NCBI GenBank assembly: GCA_003344405.1
Contig: NOWV01000146.1
Coordinates: 62,001 to 126,000 of the forward strand
Reading direction: 5' to 3'
Length of the DNA: 64,000 nucleotides
From: Trichoplax sp. H2
Lineage: Eukaryota
Of the stretch, positions 40,701 through 55,000 are shown in pieces (the first letter of the stretch is position 1; each line of letters opens with the position of its first letter). The position numbers and the translations under genes were made by a program. The notes below the pieces were generated by a model that was given only the letters and a program-made list of their open reading frames with translations, was not told where the DNA came from and made no database searches.

Positions 40701-43700
40701 CCAAAAAATAATAAAGTTAAATTTTAAACTACCGAATAGTCCGTAAGTTCATAAAGAAAGGTGTGATTTCAATAACGGAAAAAAAATTTGTAAACCTGAC
40801 AACAATTTCAAATTATTTAACTATTGGTGCTAATAATGTCGTCCAGAGAAGCAAGAAATAGAATGAGATTGTAGGAGCAATATATCACAGCATACGAAAC
40901 TTTACACCCTGGAAGTGTGCGAGCAGTACATAAACAATACACCTGGGCACATTTGGTTTTACTACAACGTAACATCAAATATTATTTTCTTAATAAGCAC
41001 TATAGCAAGCAATGATTACGAACACATAAGTTTTAATTTGTAGTTTACCCATATTGCCGTATTAACTGATCCCCTGCCACATTTACCTAACCGTTAGATG
41101 ATTATGTGCAAATAAATGAAATACAGTACGAAACTACTACCTTTGTCGAGTTCATGCAAGCAATGGCACAATTAATACATTAATAGCACAATGCTATTAT
41201 AAATCCAATATAAAAGTATTATAATCGTATTAATTCATTACAAAGCTTCAATATTGTATTAAAATTATCTAACTCACAATTCTGTATCCATTATCTAATT
41301 AAAATTAATAAGCATTAAAGTGATACTTGATGAGTAAAATTACAGATATGCTAACACCTCTATCATACCTTCTGTTTAACAGATTATCATTGTTACCGGT
41401 ATCACAATAAGTCCATAAATATTCTTAAAAAGAATACAGTTACTTAATTTTATAATCAATTACGTGAGCCTATTCCTTACTTTGATTGCCCACGTTGCCC
41501 CAATCTTCTATTTTTGACCTGTGGATATATCCGACGTATGATCTAAAGTGCGAGATATGGTAATTTTAATGTAAATAGAAATAAAAATGAGTATAACTAC
41601 TCATCAGCATATACTAAAATTATGCCATTTCTGGCAGTCCATATCATTTCTAATGAATTTCTGAAGAATTAAATATTGAAATATTCACAATTTCATCGCT
41701 GAATAAGAATTTCGCACTTTGCACTACACGCTTAAAATTTTTGCATTTTAACGAAAATTGAGCAGATGCATATCACTAAAATCAATCAACTCTTCATATT
41801 TCTATCAGTAAGTTGTGATCCCGATAATACAGTATCGTTAAGTTTCGGTGCAAATTGATTCAAATGTATCAGTCCAAAAAGGTAACAAACGGTAAGATAT
41901 AATTGATATCAGAAATAAATTATGATCTAATATTAAGATCACAGCTAAATTAATTTTAGAAGATTTTCAGATGATTGTTACACACGTGTTTAAATAGCAA
42001 GAAAGAAGGTATTTGTACGCCATATGTGCTCATTTCAAGAATTAGTACACGAAGCATGTCTATCTATTGTAGTAATTCTAAATACGGTGCAATGTAAGCA
42101 AATAGTCAACTATTCTGATTAAAGGTGAGAACTAATCGATCATTAGTGATATACCATTCTGCTAAAAATTGACCTATCCATAGTGACTTAAATTAAAAAC
42201 CGACTTTATAACTACAATTAATTTTTGCAGAATAAGATACAACGAAGCTAAAATAGAAGATCTCCGATTATTTTATGAACACAACTTTTCAAACGGGTGA
42301 ATGATCAGTGATTGTAGTAATTGATCTGCTACTTACTTTTCCAAAACTTGCAGCATTAGCAGAAGTTAGGTCATTCTTTTGACAAAAATCCAAGTAATGA
42401 TTGTAGATTGCACTACGCGCCAAGCTTACGCCATCTGCTACTTCGTAATTTTCCATTAGCCTAATTATTGAATTATATACCAGTAACTTGTTAGTCGTCA
42501 TTATGAGACAGAATGAGCATCAAAAAATCCTAGCAGGTGATTCAGTATAGCAATTCAACGCCTTCCATCACACAATCCAGTATACAGCTAATTTATGAGA
42601 TGACCACAGTGTTTCTAATACTGATTACGTCATGTAACTAGCAAAGCATGTCAAAAATTGTCACTTTCTCCATTGCTGAGTGCACGGCACTTTATACCAA
42701 TATGATAGAGTTATATTTTCATAGGATACTATGCGTACGACGAATCTACTTCGAGTGAATACGTAATTATCTCGAATAATTGCAGGCTTCGCTACTTACC
42801 ACTTAGCTGTTACAGGGCATAATAGTTTATTTGACATTGGAGACTGATCTGCATCACCGGTTGGCGAATCTAAATACACAATTACGTATCAAATAAAATT
42901 GTTCAAAAACGGAAGTTTTAATTTAATGTTACTATGTAGTCCAACGAATTTGGTGATTCATTAAGCATTAGCGAATCATAATCTATTATTACATGCCACG
43001 GATACGATAATAAATACTAGAAAAAAATTGAATTTTTTAACCATTATTAAAATTACAAAGTATCTAAGCCAGTAATTTACGGGATATAAGCGGATAACAA
43101 ATCAGCAATCACCCGATTATATGCGATTGTATATCAATTATATGACAGTAATTGGAACGGAGATTTACTCTTCTTATATAATCTTAAAAACTATAATCAT
43201 CTATGCTGATGATGCTGCAATAAATCTATTCCTTTAATGCCATTAGTATGATATTAGTTATTGAGAAATGGCAATTATTTCTCTATCTAAAGCTATAGAA
43301 GGCTAAAGCATAATTTATATGTAATTATTAGGTAGACCTTTTCTCTCATTCTTGTAGTAATCTACTATACATTGTGCAATATGTCCAATCTAGCTACTCT
43401 GCTGATAAATTTTCACATACTAGGTAGGATTGGATATTTGGAGCGTTATATCTGTGCTTGATTGTCAGTAGTATAATGCCTACTGCTAAGAAATTAAATT
43501 ATTATGTTACTTTATAACCTGTGCCATAAGACTACTTGAAGGGCAAATTGTCTCTTTCCTTATTAGCTTATGTATAAAAATGAACTAACTGAATTTTTAC
43601 TTGTGCCAATTTGGCACGAGGCCGCGATAAGTTGGCTCATGGCAGCCACTTACTCATCTATAATATCAGGTATTTAGAAAGTAAACTTTCTTTGTACTTA

Positions 43701-45303
43701 CTTATCCTAATTCAAAATTATTTAAAGCATAGCACTACTGACATGAGATTTTACTTCCTGTGGTATCTACTCGTGTATCTAAATTAGCTAGCTAACCGAT
43801 TAAATTACATATTATACATCAGGTTTAGGTTTACATATCTGGAGTGAGGTATCAGTGAGCTCTTTGGTCATCTATGGCCTGGGCGCTAATAAGAATCCTC
43901 TCCTCTTGAAGTAATCTGAGTTATGTTAGCTCGTCTGATGATTAAACATCTAAATCTTTCATAAACGGCAGAGATCAAACTGCATCTGCATGTTATTAAT
44001 ATAATGTCAACGATTCAGTTATTGAGTAATTATACATTGTTTCAATTATAGCTATCTAAGACCTACGATTGCTGCTAACAGATCTTTTCCTCTTGCAGCA
44101 ATTATGGAAAAGCTAATCTACTGATTCAATTTGTGCATATATATCTTTTACAAAAAGAGTAATGTATGCATGCTTCTCTGCTTGTTAACAGTAGAAAAAT
44201 TGTTCATTCTTGTCCTATTATATTCCAGTTAGGTTGTAGAGGAAACCTTGCATAAACTGTAATCCATCAGTTAAGCAAGCAATTGCACTGATGCGAATGG
44301 TATTACAGCTTAACTCTCACATTCACGAGCGCTGAATAATTATTTGTATACCAGTACTGTGATATGAAGTGTGAAGGAATTTCACTTTCCAGTCTGAAAA
44401 CAATTTAAAACTGATGATGTCACAGCTTTTACATGAACATTTTTAATAATAAATGTTGAAAGTTAATCTATCGATTTCAGTAGTTCTCCACTCTACCTAT
44501 CCCAAGCAGAATAGTATACGTTTGCTATTAGCAAAAGCCGAAGATTTGATCCCGTTAAGCATATTATCCGTTGACAGGACATCGATATTAACGTAGTAAG
44601 CAACTAGTCAATGGTATGTTTTTTTTCAACCCCTTATTCATGGACAGAAATAAGCTGCTATCGCAAGTGGACATGACCAGCGTTCTATCCTACAACCGAT
44701 TATCTGCTTCTACAGCCTATACTTTATATCGATGTATACGTATATCTCTAAAGTATCTGCTTGAATGAATGATAATCTTGCTATGACTATAGATCTCATT
44801 TTATCAACTCGGATAAATAGTTTAATCGTTATCATCTACCAATGGTATATAAATCAAAATGGCCTACCGACCATACTTGCATTCAATGTATAAAAACACA
44901 TACCAATTGCAAGCGATTAAATTGACTATTAAATTACCTTCTTCGCTCCTTTGCTTGAGAATAGAATAGGCTGAACTAGAGCGATATTCTTTATGGCCAT
45001 CAGGAATTAAATTTAAGATTGGCCAAGTAACCACGGGTGTCGCTGGCATCGCATGATGGCTACTCTTACTGATTACTACAGCAGGCAAATAACAGTTACT
45101 ATGGCATCTTGATGAAAGTATTTTCAACCATACCACAACGTGTCTTAAGTACTATCCTTACCAGTCGTTTCCTTCATCGCCTCCTTATTGCTATCCCATG
45201 TCGTCGTATCCTGGCTGGAAACAATCTCTCTACTGTGACTAGGAGTCAAATTTTTGTCGAATTCAGCTGATTGAGATACAGGCATTTCTTGAACATCCGA
45301 CAT
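37705..45303 (-). CDS. RFX4: RFX-family winged-helix transcription factor, RFX4/6-type
   Basis: DNA-binding domain [71 protein letters not shown]/dimerisation segments [61 protein letters not shown]. First coding exon 45162-45303 (MSDVQEMP...). TAG at 37705-37707. RFX4 versus RFX6/8 orthology is a judgement by eye. Confidence 0.9.
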
Positions 45304-46010
45304 AGCTGATCTGGTTTGCAATATCGACAGTCAATCACCTTCAAAATAAATGTCAGCTTTTAAGCGCCATACCAATGATAACAACAACCCCATTTAATAC
45401 ACCTATACTCGACAAGCTTAATCCTATCTTATACCACAACTACAACAACAATAATGATGGTAGATTTCTTCTAAACTGTGATATGGCGTAGACGATGAAA
45501 AATAAATGAGTCCAAAGTAACAAAAAAGGCCAAAACAAAACATCAACTATGCGCCCAATCGACAACAAGTGGATCAAAAACATTCGGACAATACTCTGCG
45601 CTTGCAAGCGGAATATACCATCAATATCAAGATAAAGCAAGAAAGAAAGTGCAATAACCAATATAATAACAAGAATTAACATGAATTATGTCATAGCTAC
45701 TCTAGGATTGAATAAGGAAATGGAAAACCTTGAGATCGCGCCTACAATCCAACTTTCCAAGAGCAATACCAGGCAGCAAATGGCGGACAACTTTTCTAGT
45801 CATCAATAATTTGCGTAGAAGGGGCGGAAAAAATCCTCTCGGCGATACTGAACGGTAGTGGATGATGGGCAGTTTACGCACTTGTGGTCCTTGAAAATCT
45901 ATTGGATATTTTCTCACCTTTTCCTAGTCTACTATCTATGACGCCGAGCCATGTATGAGGTAGTACCCTTATGGTATGGCCGGGCTATTTTTGAAATACC
46001 GGGAAACGAT

Positions 46011-46026
46011 ATGCATAATTAATGAG
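46011..46026. promoter_or_regulatory. Candidate POU4 (Brn3) binding site upstream of RFX
   Basis: ATGCATAATTAATGAG matches the class IV POU consensus as I recall it. It lies ~700 bp 5' of the RFX ATG and ~95 bp 5' of a candidate 5'UTR donor (aag|gtgag, minus strand, ~45917). Confidence 0.55.
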
Positions 46027-46146
46027 GCCATTCGACCCCCTACGGCCATCTTATGCAATAGTATGGAATATCTACTCCAACCTAAAGCGCTATACTATAT
46101 TTACTATCAGATTTCATAAATGGCCGCTTGCTTATCCTAAACAAAA

Positions 46147-46189
46147 CATTTAGCGGCATTTAGCGGCATTTAGCGGCACATTTAGCCGC
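46147..46189. repeat. 10-bp tandem repeat (catttagcgg)x3 plus a variant copy
   Basis: catttagcggcatttagcggcatttagcggcacatttagccgc. Confidence 0.9.
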
Positions 46190-47753
46190 AATCCCTATAT
46201 AATATATATCAGCTTTTCTCGATTAAAACTTACTTAGTGGCTAAAAGTTAGATGGGAGCAGCAGTCAGTTTAGTAATCACGTTGTATTACTCTCGGATAG
46301 TGCAATCAGAGAATTGCAACTGTAGAGTTATTGCTCGGCAATAACCGATATCGAGATAGTATTAATAATATTAATATTGATAGAAGTAAGGATAGAAATG
46401 CGTGAGGTAATATCCAGGTTTGCATCATTTTTCAACAATAACGACTAGGTGTTGACCTATCATTTGCAACCATAACATGTTAATAATACTGTATAACTGA
46501 AAATAATTTTTGTTCCTGACAGCTATCGCATATAAAGCTGAAAATAAATTATACCTATAGTTTGATGAGTATAGACGCAATTATATATCGTACGTGCATA
46601 TGTCTATGCGGGTAATGTTACTGTAGATTAGTTCGATATTCTACGTCAAACGGATCAAATGTTGATTTAACGCATAACTAATCGATAGATGCTTTCCAAA
46701 AATTAGTAAATGCATCTGTAATGAGTATAAACTCATTTATGGCAAATATACTTTAAGTTGTATCGACACATTGCACCACCATGGCTCTGCTTGATTATAA
46801 TACGTACGAGTATAATTATAATCATAATATACTAATGCATTATCAGTGTTTTTAATCAAGCCCTATATTAGCTAGAGACTACAAATAATTAATTTATGCT
46901 ACTTTCGGTAAGCTTAGCATACCATACCGTGTATCCGTACGGCGTATACTCCAACAAGAGGATAATAAATGAATAAAGAATAGACTTTTAATTGACAGAA
47001 AATGAACGTTCTACATACGAGTATATATCTTCGCGGCCTTATTTCATCAACGATTTGAATAAGCAAAACCCCAAGTAGATTTCCTACGAATGATAGAGTA
47101 GCATACAAAAATAGCTGCTTATCGTAATAAATAGATGGAAAGCCCTTATCCACTATTCACACACATTATACAAGCATCTTACAGCCCGTACACTCGCTTG
47201 CATGAAGTGAGCTGACATAGTGAATTTGTAACTGTAGGAGGAGACAGGAATCACTGCGACATTATGCCAAAGCATTTCGGTATATGAAGAAGAACTTGAT
47301 TTTACTCCCTCCCTCTTATTACACGATATGCTTATATATACGTCAAATGTAATCCGTTTCAAAGTCTAACAAGATCACTGATATGGAGGCAAGATTGTTG
47401 CAAAATTAATATGGATGCTTGCATTAGAACGATATATTCAGAATTGAGAAAATACTTTATTACACCAACGATCAAACATTAAGGAACTGTATTCAATCAT
47501 GCAAATAGGAATAAAATTAAGAAACAGTAAAACTACAATTTTAAGTACCATAAACTTATATCCGGCCAAACAGGAAAGATAGCTGCTACTGACCGTAATA
47601 ATATACTGTTGCTTGAGCTGTATAGAGCATCGAGCAGTTACGGGGATTATACGTTACTCCAAGCTAATCTTCAGCCTACAGTATATCTACAAGCATCTCA
47701 TAAGCAAGTGCTGATATGACGAAAGAGTATTTATTATGATGCCTGCAATATAC

Positions 47754-47772
47754 ATATATATATATATATATA
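47754..47772. repeat. (AT)n microsatellite
   Basis: Uninterrupted atatat run. Confidence 0.85.
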
Positions 47773-48411
47773 CTGTATATATACCTTATAACTGGTGCAA
47801 ACTAACTAACTGCAAACACCCATACCTATATTACATAGAAAGTGAAAAAAAACAATACTAATACACAGCAACTTTCTGAACTGAAATAATAATGTCACCA
47901 TAATATTAATCTGGGTAATTAGAAATTATATATGACATATACATCGATAAAAATGAATAAATAATACAATTAATATCTAACATATCATGCATGTTTAATG
48001 CTAAAAACTGTCCTATGAGTGAGTGACTATAGATCAGAATTACTCATCCACATAATCTCATGGTAGAACACTAATCCGGAAGAAAATTAAAAGCAAACTC
48101 TAACGACTAATAAATTCACTGCTCTATTCAACATATCAGTGTAAGTATAAAAGGTTATCTAATAATATAATATACATAAGTTAAACCTTACGATTATGCG
48201 CTAGTGAATATTCAGTTTTGTTTGATATGAGAACTGTCAAAACTTCCATTCGTTAATGACATACACGTAGCAATATACTGGCATATTTTATTCGTCGAAA
48301 ATGATATATATACTAAAAAATATCCAACGTATACATAGCGATACAATTCTACGAGTTTCAACTCGTATACCAATATTCAATGGTATATTTATGTAATATA
48401 TCTAATAGACC

Positions 48412-50644
<2,233 letters not shown>

Positions 50645-50883
50645 ACTTGAGGAAACGATGGCGTAGCACGAAGTCTTGAGCGATTTGCAGTTTTGATGTT
50701 TGCAGAGTTGCAGAACGAATTGATGATGGGAAGCAATGTTGTCCACTGACTATTTCACCATATCCATATAGAGTTAATAGAAAAAGCTGTTTTTCTCTGA
50801 CCTCTATGGTACAGTATACAGTAGGACCGTATTACCAGGTTGCACAGCTTACTGATTGGTTGTTTCCAGCCGGTATCAATACG

Positions 50884-51125
50884 TACGGTACAGTACAGTA
50901 CAGTACAGTACTGTACACTGTACAGAACAGTAGAAACACAGTGCAGAAGTACAGTACTGTACTGTACACTGTGCACAAAATAATACAGTACAGTACAGTA
51001 CAGTACAGTACAATACTGTACGCTACGATGGCTGGTCCCCGTGACCCGTACTACAGTACTGTACACTGTACAGAACAGTAGAAACACAGTGCAGAAGTAC
51101 AGTACTGTACACTGTACACTGTGCA
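50884..51125. promoter_or_regulatory. CAGTA/TACTG pentamer patch in the SAT/POLA1 bidirectional promoter (long version; short version ~51746-51836)
   Basis: (cagta)n runs and cagtactg/tgtaca palindromes, next to a reverse CCAAT box (ctgattggtt ~50852). Confidence 0.6.
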
Positions 51126-51462
51126 CAAAATAATGTGTAAAATAAATGTCGTATAGAGCCTGAAAAGCCTGTATGCTACATTCGATATCTCTGCCTTAAG
51201 TTACGACATCTGTTTTACACAGGGGGCCTTCACTGTCAGACATGTCAACAACTAAAACAGGTAGTGGCTGAAGCCTGACATTCATTCGCCTTTCAAGTCA
51301 TCCAACACCAACCTTTTGGCGCCAAATTTATTTTCTTCCCTCCCCACTACCGACGACATCACCAGGATGATGGTGACCTCTGAAAAACAAAATGAGACCG
51401 TAGACGATTCCAATAATACAGGTAATAACATAAAATAAGAAGGAGAAAAGGATGCTAAAATA

Positions 51463-51536
51463 NNNNNNNNNNNNNNNNNNNNNNNNNNNNNNNNNNNNNN
51501 NNNNNNNNNNNNNNNNNNNNNNNNNNNNNNNNNNNN
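51463..51536. other. Assembly gap (74 N)
   Basis: Run of n characters. Confidence 1.
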
Positions 51537-52023
51537 AGTCTTGAGCGATTTGCAGTTTTGATGTTTGCAGAGTTGCAGAACGAATTGATGATGGGAAGCA
51601 ATGTTGTCCACTGACTATTCCACTATATCCATAAAGAGTTAATAGAAAAAGCTGTTTTTCTCTGACCTCTATGGTACAGTATACAGTAGGACCGTATTAC
51701 CAGGTTGCACAGCTTACTGATTGGTTGTTTCCGGCCGGTATCAATACGTACGGTACAGTACAGTACTGTACCGTACTGTACTGTACACTGTACAGAACAG
51801 TAGAAACACAGTGCAGAAGTACTGTACACTGTGCACAAAATAATGTGTAAAATAAATGTCGTATAGAGCATGAAAAGCCTGTATGCTACATTGGATATCA
51901 CTGCCTTAACTTACGACATCTATTTTACACAGGGGCCTGCACTGTCAGACATGTAAACAACTAAAACAGGTAGTGGCTGAAGCCTGACATTCATTCGCCT
52001 TTCAAGTCATCCAACACCAACCT

Positions 52024-52035
52024 TTTGGCGCCAAA
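52024..52035. promoter_or_regulatory. Palindromic E2F site upstream of POLA1
   Basis: TTTGGCGCCAAA ends ~40 bp before ATG 52077 and is identical in the duplicate copy at 51315-51326. It resembles the E2F consensus TTTSSCGC on both strands. Confidence 0.7.
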
Positions 52036-52076
52036 TTTATTTTTCTTCCCTCCTCACTACCGACGACATCACCAGG

Positions 52077-55000
52077 ATGATGGTGACCTCTGAAAAACAA
52101 AATGAGACCGTAGACGATTCCAATAATACAGGTAATAACATAAAATAAGAAGGAGAAAAGGATGCTAAAATAGTTCTCCCTATAAGATCATTCACTGTCA
52201 TTTATTTAAACCATTTGGACGGTATAGCAAGTAGGCGGTCATTGAGAGCCAAAACCAAATCCAAAGCCGATCGCGCAATAGAAAGCTTGAGGTAAGCTAG
52301 TATTGTGATTAGCATTTTATTCTTATCATGGCGCAGAATTCTATCATTTTGCAATCAGTTAAACTTTTTGCATGGCAGATGAATTGATATTGCCACACAG
52401 AGCCGAATAGAAACTCTGTTGTCAATGTGATTCATTGAAATTTTTGCCATCTTACGATCATGTTGAGCAGCTGCATACTCCAGACCTGAGAGTCACTCTT
52501 GGGTCTCTAGCGTAGTCAAGCGGACTCGTCCAATTGCCATGGCAATATTCGGTTCACACTGGCGATAAACTGCCACACTGGCTGGCATCCTATTGCCAGT
52601 CAAATATCAAAGGAGCTCTGCAACGATTAAATTCAACCTAGCTTGTATCATGACTACAATTTTATTTTGATATTTGCATATAATTTATGTCCCGCAACCA
52701 GTTAAGCTTCTTGGATCATACATTGAATCAACATTGCCATGCAGACCTAAATGGAAGCTTTGTAGCCAGCGTTATGTAGTAGATTTTTGCAATCTTACCA
52801 TGATGCAAAGCAGCTACAAAGGTGCACTTGTCAAATGGTTACGTTCTGTGCCTACTGGACGTAGAATTGGCATTCGATGTCATTATGTTACCAATCAAAT
52901 GTCCAATAAATTCCACTGACAATCTAATTTAAGCTAGCCTTGCATTTTATCCTTACCCTTGTTCATGATTTCCATTATCCTGCGATCAGAACTTCTCGGA
53001 TAACAACTGAATAGAAGCTCTGCTATCAGCTTATACATTAAGCCTTTCAACCTGACGTTGATGTTAAGCAGCTGTGTATAGCACTATGGACTACTAAATA
53101 TGCCCTCATATTGAGGGGCATAAGTATTTAGTGCTCCATGATTGTACGTATGCGTGTTCGTCGAATCGCTGTAACGATGTTCCCACCTAGCACAACTTTA
53201 ACATGCTCTCGATAACATCATGTTGCCAACAAATCGCTATCTAATGAACTCTATTGACGAGCTAATTTAAGAAAATTGATGTTTTACATTAATGTATATT
53301 TACTTTCAATAAAATTTATTGATTGATCCTACAACAGCTATTGATATTACACATGTTCTATTATAATTTAGGAAAGCCAAAGAAGATGGTGGACGTTATA
53401 AATACCAAGTAAGTTTATAATATCCTTATAATCCAATGCGATAACAACAAATCAACATTGATATTAGAAATACCTCATGTACATCAAGTAAATGTTTAGT
53501 CTAAAGATCAAAACAGCATCATTGATATCCAGTACCTCTATACACCACTCCAACATTACATACTCTTACCATATAGTTGGCCGATCAACTTGTAAACGGA
53601 GCGTGATTAGTATTTGGCAAGTACTGTAGAATGTTGAATAAAATCTTATCAATGGCTTGAATCCAACAGTGAACTTATTGGTAAATGAACAAAATCGCAT
53701 TATACGAGCCAAATTACAATGATAGTACAGCACTGTATGCCGATATACTATATAAAATAAGAATAGATCAGCATGTAAAAGACTTGATGCCTTTAAATAT
53801 ACCCTCAATAGCTTATATTCGACTTGAATACTCTACCTGCATTTCTCGTCACCCTTATGTATAGGTACAAAATTCGGTTAAATTATAGCCTAGCACTCAC
53901 CTAACAGTTACATAAAGTAAGAATTAAGTGAATTCAAGTGAATTGACCGAAGTCATCATGGTTTATTATATTACCGGCGTAATTACAGCAATGGGAATGC
54001 TTTCATTATTAGTAGGGTCTAGTTGCGTTAAAAATGTCAAAGTTAACTATTTTTATTATCGTAGGTTAATGTACCATCCAATAGTGTTAAATTAACAGAT
54101 TTGATGTCAGCTAGTACAGCGTGACGTTATCTACCAACTGTGTAAATAAACATTTTGTATACCAATTACTCCGATATCCAGGATAGAAGTAGCTTAATTT
54201 ACTAAATTTTAAAGGTATGATTGTTAATGCTTATTGTAAATTTTAATGCGATCGTAGTTGGAGAAACATTCAAACATCTATGAAGAAGTTGATGAAGTAG
54301 AATACTCACGAATTGTAACTTCAAGACAAGAAGATGAATGGATTGTTGATGATGGTAAAAAAGCTAATGCTGGAAAGCGTAAAAATTAAATTTCTATTGT
54401 AAAGCTCATGTCATAGGAGAAAGAGAATCGGATAGTATTTTCATTAACCATTTACGCAGACTACTGTACATTGTATGTAGAAGATACACTATGATGTCTT
54501 ATTTTTCTCTTTTTCATGCTACAATCAATATCACAACGTCATAATTGCTGTCCAGATTTAGTAATCAGTGATACCCGGAGCATGTGTACAAACCCATGTG
54601 AACTAATCTATTATTTTTAATAGATATATTTTATTCGATTATTGTATTAACAAATGGGATTCCACCATGACTCTATAATAACCTTTGCTTGATTTGTACT
54701 TGACAGTTCAATTATAACTTTAAACAGTATATTAACAGGCATTCTATTATTATTTAATTAGAGTCTCGGTTATAATGTTACTGCAGGCGTGAGCATTTAC
54801 ATGAGATAATGTTACATCTTCTTTACAGCTTTTACTATCGTAGTATACTGTCATTTCGTTTTGCTACTTTACTGATTTATATGTATATCTCATTGCAATG
54901 CAGATGGCACTGGCTATGCTGACCATGGAAGAGAAGTTTTCGACGATGACTTTGATCAAGAAGATACCGAAATGGATTCAGCTAATAAATATAGCGGAGG

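Larger units (their letters stand above)
50672..52172. repeat. Duplicated SAT/POLA1 intergenic region flanking an N gap (probably two haplotypes)
   Basis: 50672-51462 (791 bp) matches 51537-52172 (636 bp) apart from scattered substitutions and ~155 bp of extra CAGTA-patch sequence. Ns occupy 51463-51536. Confidence 0.92.

Noticed and set aside
46914-47362. Two abutting minus-strand ORFs between RFX and SAT
   Set aside because: Non-ATG starts, no recognisable domain and no coherent splice chain.
50645-50758. In-frame 5' extension or tiny uORF (ATG GTG AAA TAG) regulating SAT
   Set aside because: The ATG is absent (ATA) in the duplicate copy, and the extension has no ATG start.
50755-51126. 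ORFs of 91-123 aa over the SAT/POLA1 promoter
   Set aside because: Low-complexity translation of CAGTA repeats.
51282-51611. 109-aa ORF, and a second POLA1/SAT paralogue start
   Set aside because: The ORF is a chimera across the N gap. The extra POLA1 exon 1 (ATG 51367) belongs to the duplicated contig end.
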